From assembly GCA_963741945.1 (NCBI GenBank), contig CAVUKA010000001.1, positions 768,001 through 832,000 of the forward strand: a stretch of DNA of 64,000 nt, given 5' to 3'. The notes below the pieces were generated by a model. That model did no database searches and had not been told where the DNA came from. It saw nothing but the letters and a program-made list of their open reading frames with translations. This document shows, in pieces, positions 62,269-64,000 of the stretch (the stretch's first letter is position 1; every line of letters starts with the position of its first letter). This stretch comes from an uncultured Gemmatimonadales bacterium. Its GTDB lineage: Bacteria > Gemmatimonadota > Gemmatimonadetes > Longimicrobiales > RSA9. The position numbers and the translations under genes are program-made.

Positions 62269-63573
62269 ATGCACAGACCACTCGCAGTGTTCGCCCTCGC
62301 GCTCGGCACCCTCGCCGCCGCCGCCCCGCTCGCCCCGCTCTCCGCGCAGCTCGATGCCACGGAGCGGCAGATCTCCACCTACATCCACGACCATGAGGAG
62401 GACGGCATCGACCTGCTCGCCCGCCAGGTCCGGATCGGAAGCGGGACGCAGGACACCGCCGGCATCCGTCGCCTGGCCGGGATGATGACGCCGGTGCTCG
62501 AGGAGCTCGGATTCGACGTGCGCTGGATCCCGGGAGGCGACACCGGGCGCGCCGGCCACCTCGTCGCCGAGCGCACCGGGCCCGTCGGCAAGCGCGTCCT
62601 CCTCATCGGCCACCTGGACACGGCGCTCGAGGGCGAGGGGTGGTTCGAGCGCGACGGGATGACGGCCCGGGGTCCGGGCGTCAACGACATGAAGGGCGGC
62701 AACACGGCCATTCTCATGGCGCTCCGGGCGCTCCACGCCGCGGGCGCGCTCGAAGGCCGCACCATCCGCGTCATCTTCACCGGCGACGAGGAGTCCCCCG
62801 GTGAGCCGCTGGCGAGCGCGAGGGCGCCGCTGGTGGCGCTCGCCGACTCCAGCGACGTGGCGCTGGAGTTCGAGACCGCCATCGCCGGCGACGAGCACGA
62901 CTACGCCAGCACGGCCCGCCGCGGCTCCACCACCTGGCTGCTGGAAGTCGGCGGGAACACCGCCCACTCCTCCGGCATCTTCTCCCCAGGCACCGGCGCG
63001 GGCGCGGTGTTCGAGGCCGCCCGCATCCTGGACACGTTCTACACCGAGCTGAAGGGCGAGCAGTACCTGACGTTCAACCCCGCCGTGATCGTGGGCGGCA
63101 CGGATGTGGAATACCACCCCGAGACCGTGCGTGGCAGCGCGTCGTCCAAGACCAACATCGTGCCGCAGCGCGTGGTGGTACACGGGGGGATCCGGACCAT
63201 AAGCGACGAGCAGCTCGCCAGCGCCCGGCGTCGCATGGAAGCCATCGTCGCCCGGCACCTGCCGGAGACCACCGCCACCATCACGTTCTCCGACGGCTAC
63301 CCCGGCATGCCGCCCACCGCCGGAAACCGGGAGCTGCTGGCGCTCTTCGATCGGGCCAGCCGCGACCTGGGCGAGGGACCGGTGGTGGAGTTCGACCCGG
63401 GCGGACGCGGCGCGTCCGACCTCTCCTTCGCCGCCGGCCACGTGGCCCTCGGCGCCCTGGGCGGGCTCGGCGTCGAAGGCGAGGGCGCGCACACGCCCGA
63501 CGAGGACGTGGACCTCACGTCCCTCGCCAAGTCCGCGGAGCGCGCGGCGCTGCTGATCTACCGGCTCCGGTAG
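62269..63573 (+). CDS. M20 family peptidase (carboxypeptidase G2-like), secreted
   Basis: Signal peptide; LIGHLDT, GPGVNDMKGG, TGDEE, GAHTPDE. Confidence 0.92.
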   Translation: MHRPLAVFALALGTLAAAAPLAPLSAQLDATERQISTYIHDHEEDGIDLLARQVRIGSGTQDTAGIRRLAGMMTPVLEELGFDVRWIPGGDTGRAGHLVAERTGPVGKRVLLIGHLDTALEGEGWFERDGMTARGPGVNDMKGGNTAILMALRALHAAGALEGRTIRVIFTGDEESPGEPLASARAPLVALADSSDVALEFETAIAGDEHDYASTARRGSTTWLLEVGGNTAHSSGIFSPGTGAGAVFEAARILDTFYTELKGEQYLTFNPAVIVGGTDVEYHPETVRGSASSKTNIVPQRVVVHGGIRTISDEQLASARRRMEAIVARHLPETTATITFSDGYPGMPPTAGNRELLALFDRASRDLGEGPVVEFDPGGRGASDLSFAAGHVALGALGGLGVEGEGAHTPDEDVDLTSLAKSAERAALLIYRLR

Positions 63574-63580
63574 CCGCCGG

Positions 63581-63714
63581 GGAGGCGCGAAGAGCGCGGA
63601 GGAACACCGTCACGCGGAGGCGCGAAGAGCGCGGAGGAACACCGTCACGCGGAGGCGCGAAGAGCGCGGAGGAACACTGTCACGCGGAGGCGCGAAGAGC
63701 GCGGAGGGACACCG
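63581..63714. repeat. 35-bp tandem repeat x3.8 (repeat family 2)
   Basis: GGAGGCGCGAAGAGCGCGGAGGAACACCGTCACGC at 63581, 63616, 63651 (1 mismatch) and partial at 63686. Confidence 0.95.
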
Positions 63715-63785
63715 GGCAACGTGACCGGTCGGCCGGGGCGGACTGCGTGGGCGCCCGAACGGGACGGGGGCTCCGGGAGCGGAAA

Positions 63786-64000
63786 ATGAGCAAGAAGGGG
63801 AAGCGGAAGAAGAAGCGGGCGGAGGAGGGGGCGGCGCCGGAGCCCGCCACCCCTCGCACGCTGCACTCCGCCATCGTCGCCGAGGAGCTGGACCTCCACG
63901 GACTGGGCGCGGACGAGGCCGAGCGGCGGCTTCAGATGTTCCTCGAGCGCATGGCCGCCACGGCGCCCGGCGAGGTGGTGCGGGTGATCACGGGCCGAGG
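63786..64000 (+). CDS. Smr/MutS2 C-terminal domain protein (partial)
   Basis: Manual translation MSKKGKRKKK...EELDLHGLGADEAERRLQMFL...VRVITGR (LDLHG and ITGxG motifs). Not in the ORF track. Confidence 0.88.
   Translation, partial: MSKKGKRKKKRAEEGAAPEPATPRTLHSAIVAEELDLHGLGADEAERRLQMFLERMAATAPGEVVRVITGR

Noticed and set aside
63581-63714. CRISPR array
   Set aside because: The 35-bp units are contiguous with no unique spacers, and no cas genes are present.

Overview
Very GC-rich bacterial chromosomal window. Gene content and lipoprotein style suggest Gemmatimonadota/Longimicrobiales, which is an inference only. It holds about 60 CDSs, mostly housekeeping, peptidase and transport genes (pyk, rnd, rsmD, prfC, cold-shock protein, MFS, AlkA-type glycosylase, S9/M3/M20 peptidases, ABC-F, hybrid kinase, Met gamma-lyase family, VPS10, secreted nuclease, adenine deaminase, APC-USP permease). 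I recognised no rRNA, tRNA, cas or phage genes. The best candidate for an undescribed system is an intact IS1595-family (ISPna2-like) transposase ORF whose predicted catalytic residues all appear substituted. It is bracketed by 2+2 inverted copies of a 25-bp motif (GGGTTCTGTTYGCGGGAGTTGTTGG). Six more copies lie elsewhere in the window: four in gaps between convergent genes, one in frame inside a CDS and one probably in frame in another. This resembles REP/RAYT organisation built on a different transposase family. Also notable: a single-chain HicA-HicB fusion lacking the catalytic His, a putative HEPN-CBS protein, a TonB receptor/TiaS-core-like cluster, a second repeat family, two single-base frameshifts (likely sequence errors) and two gene remnants. 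All product calls come from motif recognition by eye; no searches were run.
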